64,000 bases of DNA from Candidatus Binatia bacterium (GTDB lineage: Bacteria > Desulfobacterota > Binatia > HRBIN30): the NCBI GenBank assembly GCA_038245295.1, contig JBBRSP010000004.1, positions 160,001 to 224,000 of the forward strand, written 5' to 3'. This document shows positions 1-10,113 of the stretch, piece by piece (positions within the stretch are counted from its first letter, which is position 1; each line of letters opens with the position of its first letter). A program made the position numbers and the translations under genes. A model generated the notes under the pieces. That model saw only the letters and a list, made by a program, of their open reading frames with translations, was not told the origin of the DNA and did no database searches.

Positions 1-304
1 CGCCTTCAGCGGTACAGGCGATCGCTGGATTGTTGCTACAGTACGACGTGGCATTCACCCACCAGCAACGCGCCGAGATCACAGAGTTCGAAGCGTTGGT
101 GATCTGAATTTCCGTGTCCGTCGGAACGCCGTTCGTCAGAACACCAGAGGTGTCGACAACGATCCGAGGGAAAATAAGAATTGCTCCAGGCTTGTCCGAG
201 GCGACATCCGCCGCCCGAGCCGAACCAGCGAGCGTCACTACTGCGAGGCCTAGAACAGCCCCGGAGAGCGCTCGCTGCCATTTCTTGTGCGTCATGGTGC
301 TCAT
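1..304 (-). CDS. Secreted protein of unknown function, N-terminal part (runs off window); paralog of 354..1529
   Basis: Not in ORF track. Manual translation from ATG 304 (AGGAG 8 nt upstream): MSTMTHKKWQRALSGAVLGLAVVTLAGSARA-ADVASDKPGAILIFPRIVVD...DTEIQITN...ARCWWVNA, with a signal peptide and the same motifs as the neighbouring gene. Confidence 0.8.
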   Translation of the reverse strand, partial: MSTMTHKKWQRALSGAVLGLAVVTLAGSARAADVASDKPGAILIFPRIVVDTSGVLTNGVPTDTEIQITNASNSVISARCWWVNATSYCSNNPAIACTAEG

Positions 305-353
305 CACGTCTTCTCCTTTCCTCACCGCCAGCAGGTGGCCAAACATGACGCCG

Positions 354-1529
354 TCACTCGGACGGAACCACGATAACGTCGGTAGCATTCACACCCGGGA
401 TCGGGGTGTCATTGTCGCCGTTGCTCGCGGTAGCCGCATCGTAACGATTGCCAGTAAACTGCAGGTTGTACGCCGCACGTGCCGACTCGCCGCCACGCAG
501 ACGCGTTTCTTCGGCGATCGCCAGCACACCACCTTGACCAGGATTGGGGCGGATGCGCGTGTGTCGCGTCGTCGATCCACCCAACGCGCCTGGCGTAAAG
601 GCAGAGCTGATCTGGCTGAGAGGTGCGTCCAAGAAGCAATCCACCGTTGTGGCTGCGCTCAGGCGCGATTCGAATTCGTCGTACGTGACGAAGGAGATGC
701 CGACGCTACCGGGAACGCCGTTCTCAAGATCCTCCGAGCACGGGACCATAGTCAGAGTAGTGTTGATGGGGCAGTTGACGCCATTCACACCGCAGCCAGC
801 TGCATTGATCGAGTCTGGGCTGGTGAGAGCTGGGTCCGGCGTTCCATGTGCATAATGGTTGAAGATCCAGACGTCCGGACAGGCGGCATACTCGCCACCC
901 GGGCTGTTGTCGGTCAGGTTGAGCTCCAGATCGCTACCGATCTGTGCACCCGAGAGTCCACTGTTGCCAGGGATCGCGATCGCATTGTAGGACGAGGCGT
1001 CAGAGCCGTCGGCATCCAGCAAGATCGCCTTGCCCATCAGCTTGTTCCCAGTGAACGGTGCACCAGCCGAATCAACCTGGATGCACTTCAATTCGCCCCG
1101 GAAACCTTGCGGCACCGGCGGGATCAAACCAGGATCAAATCCCGATCCGTCTTGACCAAAGGCTTCGCCTTGCGTCCTGCGACCACCGCTTGCCACCCAG
1201 TGCGTGGGCTGCTGACGGGTCAGCCAGATGTCGAAGTCCGTCTCACTCCACTGGGGCGGATTAAGTGGCCCAGCCGGGAAAGCTGGGTTACGCGGCGCCG
1301 CATTCACATAGAAACAATGCGCGTGCGCCATCGGATTACCCGTGTTGTCGATCTGGATCACCGTATCGGTCGTGCTGTCAGCGATAATCTTCGGAAAGAC
1401 TAACACCGACCCACTGACCTCGGTGGAGATCTCGTTGCGCTCCTGTGCCGACGCGCTGCCAACCAGGGCAAGCGCCCCAAGTGCGGCGGCGCCCAAGGCC
1501 AGGCTCAAATTCCGCTTTTTCATAAGCAT
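354..1529 (-). CDS. Secreted Cys-containing protein of unknown function
   Basis: ORF 354..1607. ATG 1529 has AGGAG 7 nt upstream; signal peptide MLMKKRNLSLALGAAALGALALVGSASA; motifs GSVLVFPKI, DTVIQIDN, CFYVN, DFDIWLT..QP..W.A..G. Confidence 0.85.
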   Translation of the reverse strand: MLMKKRNLSLALGAAALGALALVGSASAQERNEISTEVSGSVLVFPKIIADSTTDTVIQIDNTGNPMAHAHCFYVNAAPRNPAFPAGPLNPPQWSETDFDIWLTRQQPTHWVASGGRRTQGEAFGQDGSGFDPGLIPPVPQGFRGELKCIQVDSAGAPFTGNKLMGKAILLDADGSDASSYNAIAIPGNSGLSGAQIGSDLELNLTDNSPGGEYAACPDVWIFNHYAHGTPDPALTSPDSINAAGCGVNGVNCPINTTLTMVPCSEDLENGVPGSVGISFVTYDEFESRLSAATTVDCFLDAPLSQISSAFTPGALGGSTTRHTRIRPNPGQGGVLAIAEETRLRGGESARAAYNLQFTGNRYDAATASNGDNDTPIPGVNATDVIVVPSE

Positions 1530-1656
1530 TCGCTTTCTCCTTTCCCCTGCCGGAGAAATCACATCTGCATCTCTCGGCCCACGCAACACAAATCCAACTC
1601 CGCGCACCTAGACCTCCCCGTACCGGCGTACATGAGCCGGGCTAGAAAGCTCGTCC

Positions 1657-1685
1657 CAGATACTGTAACGCCAGTTTGATGTCAA
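1657..1685 (-). promoter_or_regulatory. Putative sigma70-type promoter for the secreted-protein pair
   Basis: Minus strand TTGACA-17 nt-TATCTG; perfect -35, imperfect -10. Confidence 0.4.
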
Positions 1686-1871
1686 GCTGAAAGCCTCGAT
1701 TTTAGTGGAGTTTGTGGCCGTCAATAGACGTCATCGACGGGGCTGGACGCTGCTTGACCACCCGGTATCCCTTTGTTAATCAGCCGGCCACACCGTCGGT
1801 GAGTGCTGACACCGACACACAACCATAATCTGGGGCCGAACTTTGTGGGGGAAAGAGGAGGTCTGAGGTCG

Positions 1872-3542
1872 ATGCGAAGGTACACGAAGTGTTGCGCTCT
1901 ATTGATTGCCGTGGCTGGGCTCGGCGGCTGCGCCCAGAGTGGTTCGAAGGTTACCCCGAAAGGAACTCCCGAAGGAGCCACGGGGTTTAATCTTTCCGGC
2001 GTGAGTACACCGCAATACACCAGTGCGGCGATTGGATTGCCGAAGGGCAAGATCTGGAAAAGCCAGATCGCTGTCGGTGATATCAACGGCGACGGCTTTG
2101 CCGATCTCGGCACCGTGTCACGCTTGGCGGATGGCCCTTGGATTTGGAAGGGCGACGGCAAGGGGAACTGGGTAAGCGCCTCCGATGGCCTGCCGCGCGA
2201 ACCCTTCTGCGGCGGCGGGATGGACTTTGGCGACATCAACAAAGATGGCAAAACCGACGTCGTCATAGCCGATCACTGCAAAGGCGTGTTCGCGTTCACC
2301 GGTGACGGAGCGGGGCATTGGACCAGCGCCTCGGCCGGCTTGCCGACGATTGGTTGCGAAGATATCGCCCTCGGCGACTTCAACGAAGACGGTTGTGCCG
2401 ACGTTGCCGTCGTCGCCGCATCAGAAGAAGGCGTACGCGTCTTCCTGGGCAATTGTAAGGGTGTGTGGCGTGAAGACTCAACCGGGCTACCGAAGACCGA
2501 ATGGGGCAACTCGGTAGTGGTTACCGACTTCAATAAGGACGGGCATCAGGATATCGCCGCTGCCTACTCGGCCGGCCCCCGCGTCTGGCTGGGGAACGGC
2601 AAAGGCGAATGGAAAGAATCATCGGACGGCCTGCCGGCTCCTGAAGTCCACGGCCTTTATTGGGGTATCACGGCCGGCGACCTCAACGGCGACGGACTCC
2701 CGGACCTGGCCGCCACCGATCAATCGCGCGGGCCAGAAGTGTATCTACAAACCAAGGACGGCCATTGGGTGACGACTTCGAACTCCCAATGCAGCGGTGG
2801 CTCGAATCCCGGCGCTTTCTGCGACAGCGACGGCGATTGCTCCGGCGGTGCCTGCGCCAAGTCTATCTGTAAAGGTGTCTGTGATCTCGGCGCCGTCGGC
2901 CGCGCCTGCCTGTCCGATGCCGACTGCTCGGACGGCGGCAAGAGCGATACGCCACCGAAGTGCAATGCAGCGAGCACCGCGGGCAAGCTGTGCTCCAGTG
3001 GCGGTGCGGCGGATCAATGCGGTAACGGCATCTGCGCTGCCGTTACCAACGGCCATGGCCTGCCACCGATGAATGCGCTCGGTATCGTCATCGGCGATCT
3101 CAACAACGACGGTAAGGGTGACCTGGTTGTAGCCGGCAAGACCAACACCGAAGAGATCGGTGGGGTCTACGGTGTCTACGCCTTTCTGGGCGACGGCAAA
3201 GGCAACTTCTCTCTATTGAAAGCGGCCGGCTTGCCGGATGGCGGCTGGGAGCGTACCTGGGGCGTCGGGTTGCCGGATATCGACCACGACGGTGTCCTCG
3301 ACATCGCTGTCGCATTCGGTGACGTCTTACCTCCCGCCTGGCGCTCCGGAGTTGCCCACAAAGACGGCGTTGCGGCTGAGAAGCCGGGCTTCTTCGCACG
3401 CCTCTTCGGCAGTGACGACGCGGCTACGAAGACGGACAAGACAAAGAAGGATGCACCGGCAGCGGACAAGGATAAACCCAAGGGGCCCGAGCGCGGATTC
3501 TTCGGGTCGATCGAGGTCTGGCGCGGACAATTGCCCAAGTAA
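1872..3542 (+). CDS. FG-GAP/VCBS repeat (beta-propeller) lipoprotein with Cys-rich insert
   Basis: ATG 1872 after GAGGAGG; lipobox-like GLGGC; repeated GDxNxDGxxD and GDGKG motifs. Confidence 0.85.
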   Translation: MRRYTKCCALLIAVAGLGGCAQSGSKVTPKGTPEGATGFNLSGVSTPQYTSAAIGLPKGKIWKSQIAVGDINGDGFADLGTVSRLADGPWIWKGDGKGNWVSASDGLPREPFCGGGMDFGDINKDGKTDVVIADHCKGVFAFTGDGAGHWTSASAGLPTIGCEDIALGDFNEDGCADVAVVAASEEGVRVFLGNCKGVWREDSTGLPKTEWGNSVVVTDFNKDGHQDIAAAYSAGPRVWLGNGKGEWKESSDGLPAPEVHGLYWGITAGDLNGDGLPDLAATDQSRGPEVYLQTKDGHWVTTSNSQCSGGSNPGAFCDSDGDCSGGACAKSICKGVCDLGAVGRACLSDADCSDGGKSDTPPKCNAASTAGKLCSSGGAADQCGNGICAAVTNGHGLPPMNALGIVIGDLNNDGKGDLVVAGKTNTEEIGGVYGVYAFLGDGKGNFSLLKAAGLPDGGWERTWGVGLPDIDHDGVLDIAVAFGDVLPPAWRSGVAHKDGVAAEKPGFFARLFGSDDAATKTDKTKKDAPAADKDKPKGPERGFFGSIEVWRGQLPK

Positions 3543-3573
3543 GTCGAACTCCTTCCTCTAAAAGCACCACCTC

Positions 3574-3611
3574 CAAGGGGGCGTCGTCGATCACTCGGCG
3601 GCGCCCCCTTG
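3574..3611 (+). terminator. Strong hairpin after the FG-GAP gene (terminator or RNA-stabilising stem)
   Basis: CAAGGGGGCGTCGTCGA-TCAC-TCGGCGGCGCCCCCTTG, a 17-bp stem with 2 G.U pairs; weak U-tract. Confidence 0.5.
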
Positions 3612-3656
3612 TCGTTTCATGCGACGGCCGTTGCATGATCGGCGCATTGTGGGAAG

Positions 3657-5405
3657 ATGACACACATGCGGCGTCTCCAACGGTATCTGTGGCGCTACCG
3701 CTGGCGTTACTCCGCAGGTGGTCTTTGTCTGCTCGTCACCGCCAGCTTGGCGATGGCAGTGCCGTACCTCCTGAAACGCGCGATTGATGCGGTGTCACAT
3801 GGCGAGCCCTTGTCGACTGTCGCCGTTTTCTGTGCATCCATCTTTGGGATTGTAACGCTCCAAGCCGTGGCACGAACCTTCTCGCGGGTTCTCATCTTCA
3901 ACGTTGGCCGGGACGTCGAGTATGACCTACGAAACGACTTGTTCGCACACCTCGAGCGACTACCCCTTTCCTACTACCACCAACAGAAAACCGGCGATCT
4001 CATGTCGCGACTGATCAATGACGTGACTGCCGTGCGGATGCTCCTCGGCCCCGGCATCCTCAATCTCGTCAACACACCCGTCTATTACGCATACGGCGTC
4101 GCCATCATGCTCAGCATCGATCCGCGGCTCACCATCGCTGCCCTCCTCCCCTACCCGCTCCTCCTGCTCATCGTGAAACGATTCAGTCGCCGGCTCATGG
4201 AAGATACGCTGCGCGTTCAAGAAGGCCTGGCAGAGCTCAGTTCGAAGGTGCAGGAGAATTTGACCGGCATGCACGTCGTCCGCTCCTACAACAACGAAGA
4301 GCACGAGATTGCTGCGTTCACTCAACTGAACGAGCGCTTCAAAGCGCAGAGCATGAGCCTGGCCCGCGTCCGCGGCCAGATGTTCCCCATCATGAAGACG
4401 GCAGCCGGCGTCGCCATTCTCATCGTCCTGTGGTTCGGCGGCATGGAAGTGATCAACGGAAGGTCAAGTCTGGGCGATCTGGTCGCCTTCATCGGCTATC
4501 TGAATCTATTGGCGTGGCCGACCATGGCTCTGGGCTGGATGTTGTCGATCTTGCAGCGCGGCCGTGCCGCCCTGCAACGTTTGGAGTATATCTTCGCAGT
4601 CGAACCGACGATTGCCGATCCTGTCGACGCGTTGCCGCTGGCGCGCGTCGATGGCCGCATCGAGTTCCGCCATGTCGACTTCCATCATGATACCCCAAAC
4701 AACGGGCGACCAATCCTGCGCGACATCTCGTTCACGGTTGACCCAGGAACGACATTGGCGCTCGTCGGCCGCACGGGTTCGGGAAAAAGCACTGTGGCAT
4801 CGCTGCTCGCCCGCCTGTACGACGTCAGCGGTGGCCAAGTCCTCCTAGACGGGCGCGACGTGCGAAGCCTGCCGTTAGGCCAGCTCCGCCGTAGCATCGG
4901 TTTCGTTCCTCAGGATCCGTTCCTGTTTTCCACTACCATACGCGAAAACCTGCGGTTTGCCGCCCCCGACGCCGACGACACAGCGGTCGAGAATGTCGCC
5001 GAGATCGCCGGGCTAAGAGGCGACATCGAATCGTTTCCGCGTGGCTTCGAAACCATCGTCGGCGAGCGCGGCATCACCCTCTCGGGCGGGCAAAAGCAAC
5101 GCCTCACGTTGGCCCGCGCCCTACTGACCAATTCGCCGGTTCTGGTCCTCGATGATGCCCTCTCGAGCGTCGACACACGCACCGAGCGCAAGATCTTGAA
5201 CGCCCTGCAGCAGGTCACGCAGCAGCGCACCAACATCATCATCGCGCATCGCGTCTCGACCATTCAGCATGCCCACGTCATCGCGGTACTCGAGGAAGGA
5301 TGCATCGCCGAGATGGGCTCGCATTCTGAATTAATGAGCCGCGACGGGCTCTACGCGGATCTCTTTCGTCAGCAAAGGCTGGAAGAGGAAATCGCCGAAC
5401 TATGA
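3657..5405 (+). CDS. ABC exporter fused permease/ATPase (MdlA/YheI-like half of a heterodimer)
   Basis: TM domain plus Walker A GRTGSGKS, LSGGQKQR and degenerate Walker B VLDD. Confidence 0.92.
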   Translation: MTHMRRLQRYLWRYRWRYSAGGLCLLVTASLAMAVPYLLKRAIDAVSHGEPLSTVAVFCASIFGIVTLQAVARTFSRVLIFNVGRDVEYDLRNDLFAHLERLPLSYYHQQKTGDLMSRLINDVTAVRMLLGPGILNLVNTPVYYAYGVAIMLSIDPRLTIAALLPYPLLLLIVKRFSRRLMEDTLRVQEGLAELSSKVQENLTGMHVVRSYNNEEHEIAAFTQLNERFKAQSMSLARVRGQMFPIMKTAAGVAILIVLWFGGMEVINGRSSLGDLVAFIGYLNLLAWPTMALGWMLSILQRGRAALQRLEYIFAVEPTIADPVDALPLARVDGRIEFRHVDFHHDTPNNGRPILRDISFTVDPGTTLALVGRTGSGKSTVASLLARLYDVSGGQVLLDGRDVRSLPLGQLRRSIGFVPQDPFLFSTTIRENLRFAAPDADDTAVENVAEIAGLRGDIESFPRGFETIVGERGITLSGGQKQRLTLARALLTNSPVLVLDDALSSVDTRTERKILNALQQVTQQRTNIIIAHRVSTIQHAHVIAVLEEGCIAEMGSHSELMSRDGLYADLFRQQRLEEEIAEL

Positions 5406-7252
5406 GTCGTCCGGCAAAAACACAGCCCCCCGCGCCTTCGACTGGCGGGCGCGAGGCCGAGTTGGGTCGCGCCTACGACGCGCGGCTGATGCGGCGGCTA
5501 TGGACCTATATCCGCCCCTACAAGCGCGATTTCTGGCTGGCAACCGCCTGCTTGCCGATCTCGTCCGCGTTTGCCCTGGCGCAGCCCTACCTCATCAAAG
5601 TCGCGATCGACCGCTACATCGCTACCAATGATCGTGCCGGCTTGTCGGTTGTCGGTGCGTTGTTCGGCCTCGCCCTGCTTGGCGAATTGATATTTCTCTA
5701 TCTGCAATACTTCTGGACGATGTTGGTCGCCCAAAAAAGCCTGGCCGACATGCGCATCGCGATATTCTCGCACGTACAGACACTCGACCAGGCCTACTTC
5801 GATCGTAACCCTGTGGGGCGGCTGGTGACCCGCATGACGACGGACATCGACGTCATCAACGAAATGTTTGCCGCCGGCGCGATGACCTTGCTGATGGATT
5901 TCGTCACCCTGGCCGGAATCGTCACAATCATGCTTGCCATCGATTGGCATCTCGCCCTCGTAAGCCTCGCGCTGCTGCCGATCCTGCTCGTCGCCATCAA
6001 CTTCTTTCGCCTGCGAGCGCGCTTGAGTTACCGCTCGATCCGCGAGCGCATCGCGCGGCTCAACGCATATCTGCAAGAAGCCATCTCGGGGATGATGGTG
6101 ATCCAACTGTTCGGTCGCGAAAAGGTATCGTTCGATGAGTTTAACTCGCACAACGATTCTCATCGAGAAGCCAATCATTGGGCAAACATTTACGAAGCCA
6201 CCCTGTTTTCGCTCGTCGAGGCCATCAGCAGCATGTCGTTCGCGCTGATTGTCTGGTACGGCGGCGGCCGAATCCTGGCCGGAGCACTCGCCTTCGGAAC
6301 CCTCGTCGCCTTCATCGAATACGTACAAAAGTTCTTCATCCCGATCCGCGACTTCTCCTCGAAGTACGCCGTCATGCAATCGGCGATGGCAGCGGCGGAG
6401 CGGGTGTTCGAGTTGCTCGACACCCAACCGACGATCACCAACCCGGCCCAACCCAGGGTACCCAAGGTGCTGGCCGGACGGATCGAGTTCCGTGATGTAT
6501 GGTTCGCCTACAAACGTGAGGAGTGGATCCTCCAAGGCGTGTCGTTCGTCGTCGAACCCGGCCAGACCGTCGCCATTGTCGGAGCCACCGGCGCCGGCAA
6601 GACAACCATCATCAAATTGCTGAACCGTTTCTACGACGTGCAGCGCGGCGAAGTCTTGGTCGACGGCATTCCGGTTCGAGAGTGGGATCTTCAGGCCTTG
6701 CGCCGCTGCATCGGCGCGGTGTCACAAGATGTCTTCCTGTTCTCCGGCAGCGTTACCGAAAACATCACGCTCGGACGCAGCGACATCAGCGCCGCCGTCG
6801 TGCGCCACGCCGCCGAGACGGTCAACGCCGACCGCTTTATCGCGCGCATGCCGGGAGCCTATGACGCCATCTTACGCGAGCGCGGCACCAATCTGTCGAC
6901 CGGCCAACGACAACTTCTATCGTTTGCACGTGCGCTGGCGTACCAACCGATCATCCTGGTGCTCGACGAAGCGACCTCCAGCATCGACACAGAAACCGAA
7001 GCATTGATTCAGGATGCACTTGCGAAGCTCATGAGTGGCCGTACCGCCATCGTAATCGCACACCGTCTGTCGACAATTGAGAGCGCCGATCGCATCATCG
7101 TCATGCACCATGGCAGCGTGCGCGAATCGGGCACTCACGGCGAGCTGATTGAGTTTGGCGGTCTTTACGCACGCTTGCACGCGCTGCAAGCCCAGGAGAC
7201 CAGCGCCCCGCTACCCTCCGGCGATGCGTCGACTATGGTTGCAGCTCGCTGA
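5402..7252 (+). CDS. ABC exporter fused permease/ATPase (MdlB/YheH-like partner)
   Basis: GATGAGKT, LSTGQRQ, VLDEATS; ATGA overlap with the upstream gene. Confidence 0.92.
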   Translation: MSRPAKTQPPAPSTGGREAELGRAYDARLMRRLWTYIRPYKRDFWLATACLPISSAFALAQPYLIKVAIDRYIATNDRAGLSVVGALFGLALLGELIFLYLQYFWTMLVAQKSLADMRIAIFSHVQTLDQAYFDRNPVGRLVTRMTTDIDVINEMFAAGAMTLLMDFVTLAGIVTIMLAIDWHLALVSLALLPILLVAINFFRLRARLSYRSIRERIARLNAYLQEAISGMMVIQLFGREKVSFDEFNSHNDSHREANHWANIYEATLFSLVEAISSMSFALIVWYGGGRILAGALAFGTLVAFIEYVQKFFIPIRDFSSKYAVMQSAMAAAERVFELLDTQPTITNPAQPRVPKVLAGRIEFRDVWFAYKREEWILQGVSFVVEPGQTVAIVGATGAGKTTIIKLLNRFYDVQRGEVLVDGIPVREWDLQALRRCIGAVSQDVFLFSGSVTENITLGRSDISAAVVRHAAETVNADRFIARMPGAYDAILRERGTNLSTGQRQLLSFARALAYQPIILVLDEATSSIDTETEALIQDALAKLMSGRTAIVIAHRLSTIESADRIIVMHHGSVRESGTHGELIEFGGLYARLHALQAQETSAPLPSGDASTMVAAR

Positions 7253-8948
7253 GACGCTGCAGACCGGTGCGTGTCGAAACGACGAACACTCCTACAGTGA
7301 GTATGAGGGCGGCTACCAACGAGGCCACGGCCCAGGAGATCTCGGTGGAGGATGTCGTCGCGTCGGGTAGTCGGCTGGTGAAGAACACGTACACCGGCCA
7401 GGCCTCGAGCGTCACCACGATGCCGATGAAACTCATGCACAAAATCATAAAGATCAGCCCGCCGACACCGGCGGCGACCTTGTTGGCATTGTCGGCGTCG
7501 AACTTCGGGTACGTGGCGCCTACCGCGAGACCGAGCGCCACGATGGCGATCGTCATCAGGAATAACGTTGCCGTCGACAACAGCATCATCTGCGGCAGCA
7601 CGTTCAGATAGTAGTTCGTCGCGATGATCAGGATTTGCCCCAGGACGACGAGCGGGATGAGGGCGACCCAGAACTTGCTCCACCACAGCAGGGATAGCGG
7701 CATCGGCGCCGTCTTGGCGATCCAGAAGGACTTTCCTTCCAAGCTGATCGCCGGGAACACGAAACGCACCGCAACCGACGAAACCACGAACGACGCCAGC
7801 GCCAGGTTGAGGAACGAAATTACATTGCGGAAGTAGAACGTCGCCAGCGGTGAGCCTTGCATCGGCAGAACACTGAAGTTGTAGACGTAGACCACGATCA
7901 AGGCGGCGAGCAGGATCAGCTGAGACCATTGGCTGGTGTCGCGGAAAAACGTCTTGATCTCTTTCAACATCAGCAAGCGCATCTTGGCCGGAAACGGCAG
8001 GAGCAGGGCTCGAAACAAGCGCTCCCACAAGGCTTGCTGCGTAATCCGGGCCTTGCGTCCCTCTTGCGCCTTGCTCCAGCCACCAAGGAAGACGCGTGAC
8101 AGCAAGCGCTCACACAGGATCGTCAGGCTCGCAGCCGTGGTCCACAACAGGGCGAAGTAGAACAGCGCGCCCGCGCTGGCTTCGCCGGTGGCCAGTGGAT
8201 GCAGGATCTCCGCCACCCATGTGCTCGGCAACCAAGGCGTCGTCGGCGTCCGCATCGCCGTTAAATACTGAATGAAGTCGGCGAAACCTTCCGGTTTTAC
8301 CAGCCTCTCCGGCTGCAAGACCCGCAACGAGGTGTAGAGAATAGCCAGCGCAACGAGAGACAAGAGAATCAGGATGTCGCGCGCCCGCTTGGCCGGAAAA
8401 ACGTTCACCAGCGTCGCCGTGATGGCAATGCCGATCGCCGCGGGAATGACGATGAAGGGCGGCAACGTCAACGCGGTCATCATATAGAATGACACCCCGG
8501 CGCCGTGCGCGATCCCATACGCCAGAAACGCCGGGATCGTGAAAGCCAGAATCATCCAAGAGGACTCGATCATGGTGTCGGTAAACCGCGCCGCAAAGAA
8601 CACGGTAGGCGGGATCGGCGCACTTACGAGACGATCGAGCTCCTTCGACAAGAAGAATGTCGATAACGCCGCAACGATGTTCGAGAACAACAGGATGGAA
8701 AAGAACGTCAGCAGAATCATTCCCAACAGCTTGTACGTCAGGATGGTGCCGAAGTCGGGCATGCTGAGGAAGTAGGTCAACACACGCCAGAAGAAGACCG
8801 CAATTGCGGTCGTAAACAGCCCCCCGAGGCCCATGAGGAACCACATCCCGAGACGACCGCGGCGATCGAGACGTTGGGTGCGATTGCGCACGGCGGCAAA
8901 ACGCGGCCACAGCAACAGCTTCCATTGGCGAATGCTGTCGGCTGTCAT
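7233..8948 (-). CDS. Putative ABC-2 type transporter permease
   Basis: 571 aa polytopic membrane protein coupled (ATGA) to an ABC ATPase; SLEGKSFW motif. Confidence 0.85.
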   Translation of the reverse strand: MTADSIRQWKLLLWPRFAAVRNRTQRLDRRGRLGMWFLMGLGGLFTTAIAVFFWRVLTYFLSMPDFGTILTYKLLGMILLTFFSILLFSNIVAALSTFFLSKELDRLVSAPIPPTVFFAARFTDTMIESSWMILAFTIPAFLAYGIAHGAGVSFYMMTALTLPPFIVIPAAIGIAITATLVNVFPAKRARDILILLSLVALAILYTSLRVLQPERLVKPEGFADFIQYLTAMRTPTTPWLPSTWVAEILHPLATGEASAGALFYFALLWTTAASLTILCERLLSRVFLGGWSKAQEGRKARITQQALWERLFRALLLPFPAKMRLLMLKEIKTFFRDTSQWSQLILLAALIVVYVYNFSVLPMQGSPLATFYFRNVISFLNLALASFVVSSVAVRFVFPAISLEGKSFWIAKTAPMPLSLLWWSKFWVALIPLVVLGQILIIATNYYLNVLPQMMLLSTATLFLMTIAIVALGLAVGATYPKFDADNANKVAAGVGGLIFMILCMSFIGIVVTLEAWPVYVFFTSRLPDATTSSTEISWAVASLVAALILTVGVFVVSTRTGLQRLSELQP

Positions 8949-9706
8949 GCGCGCAACGCAGACACTACTTCGGCAACGTCGTCGTGACCGGTGAGCTTCA
9001 AAAAGATCGACTCGAGATTCGAATCAGCGCGACTGCCGGCGTGTTTGCGTAACTCGTCCATGGTACCGACAGCCCCGAGGGTCCCGTGATCGATGATGCC
9101 GATTCGATCACAGGTCTCCTGCGCCACCTCAAGGCTGTGCGTCGACATGAAGATGGTCACTCCGGTGCGGGCCAGACTCCGAAACGTACGCTTGAGGAGA
9201 CGTGCACCGCGTGGATCGAGTCCAACCATGGGTTCGTCGACGATCAAAATTCGCGGCGCGTGAATCAACGCCGCCGCCATGACGAGTCGTTGCTTCATGC
9301 CGTGCGAATACGTCTCCACCAATTCGGTAGCCCAGTCGGTGAGGTCAAACATCTCGAGCAATTCGCCGCGACGCGAGGCAATCTGCGCCGGCGGAACGGC
9401 ATACAGGCCGGCGGCGAACTCGAGGAATTCACCACCCGTCAGCTTCTCGTAGATGTGCGGACGGTCGGGAACGAAGCCGCACAGTTGTTTGGCCTCTTCG
9501 GGCTGCCGCGCCAGGTCGTAGCCGGCAAGATGGACCGACCCCTCCGTCGGGCGCAGCAGGCCCATCATCATCCGGATGGTTGTCGTCTTACCGGCGCCGT
9601 TGGGCCCCAAGCAGCCGAAGATCTCGCCTGCCGGCACCGTCAGCGACAAATCTTTCACCGCCAGCATCGAGCCGTAGCGTTTGGACAAATGTCGCAGTTC
9701 GATCAT
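8945..9706 (-). CDS. ABC transporter ATP-binding protein
   Basis: GPNGAGKTT, YSHGMKQR, IVDEP; likely start MIELRH at 9706. Confidence 0.92.
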   Translation of the reverse strand: MIELRHLSKRYGSMLAVKDLSLTVPAGEIFGCLGPNGAGKTTTIRMMMGLLRPTEGSVHLAGYDLARQPEEAKQLCGFVPDRPHIYEKLTGGEFLEFAAGLYAVPPAQIASRRGELLEMFDLTDWATELVETYSHGMKQRLVMAAALIHAPRILIVDEPMVGLDPRGARLLKRTFRSLARTGVTIFMSTHSLEVAQETCDRIGIIDHGTLGAVGTMDELRKHAGSRADSNLESIFLKLTGHDDVAEVVSALRA

Positions 9707-9764
9707 GATGGAGTGCCGCTCCGCGCCGTCATGCAACCTCCGCGGTGATCCGCTCCGTGTTGGT

Positions 9765-10040
9765 TCACGGTTTTGGAAAGACCTGCAAGAATGGTTTGAC
9801 TTCCACGTGGTTGAAGATGCCGTTCGTCACGTACGGATCGCGCGCCACGAGTTGCCAAGCCGCTTCGCGCGACTCGACATCGACGACGATCAGGCTGCCG
9901 GTACCGTCCGTGAACGGACCGGCCAAGAGAAGCTTTCCTTGGTCTGCAAGCGGCTGCAGATGCGCCAGGTGCGCTGGCCGAACGCCGGGACGTTTTTCTT
10001 TTCCATCCGGCGCATCATGGCCGACGATCACAAATAACAA
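9765..10040 (-). CDS. YciI family protein
   Basis: RPAHLAHL, LLAGP, GSLIV, DPYV motifs; TTG start at 10040 with GGAGG upstream. Confidence 0.85.
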   Translation of the reverse strand: MLFVIVGHDAPDGKEKRPGVRPAHLAHLQPLADQGKLLLAGPFTDGTGSLIVVDVESREAAWQLVARDPYVTNGIFNHVEVKPFLQVFPKP

Positions 10041-10113
10041 ACCTACCTCCTGCTGCGGCCCCGGTCGGGAAACACACGCCGCGGGTTGCACATATCGCGT
10101 TTGCTTCTAGCCT

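Noticed and set aside
114..1403. 429-aa plus-strand ORF
   Set aside because: Antisense shadow of the secreted-protein genes; Arg-rich with no motifs.
5498..6535. 345-aa minus-strand ORF
   Set aside because: Antisense to a well-supported ABC transporter; typical high-GC shadow.
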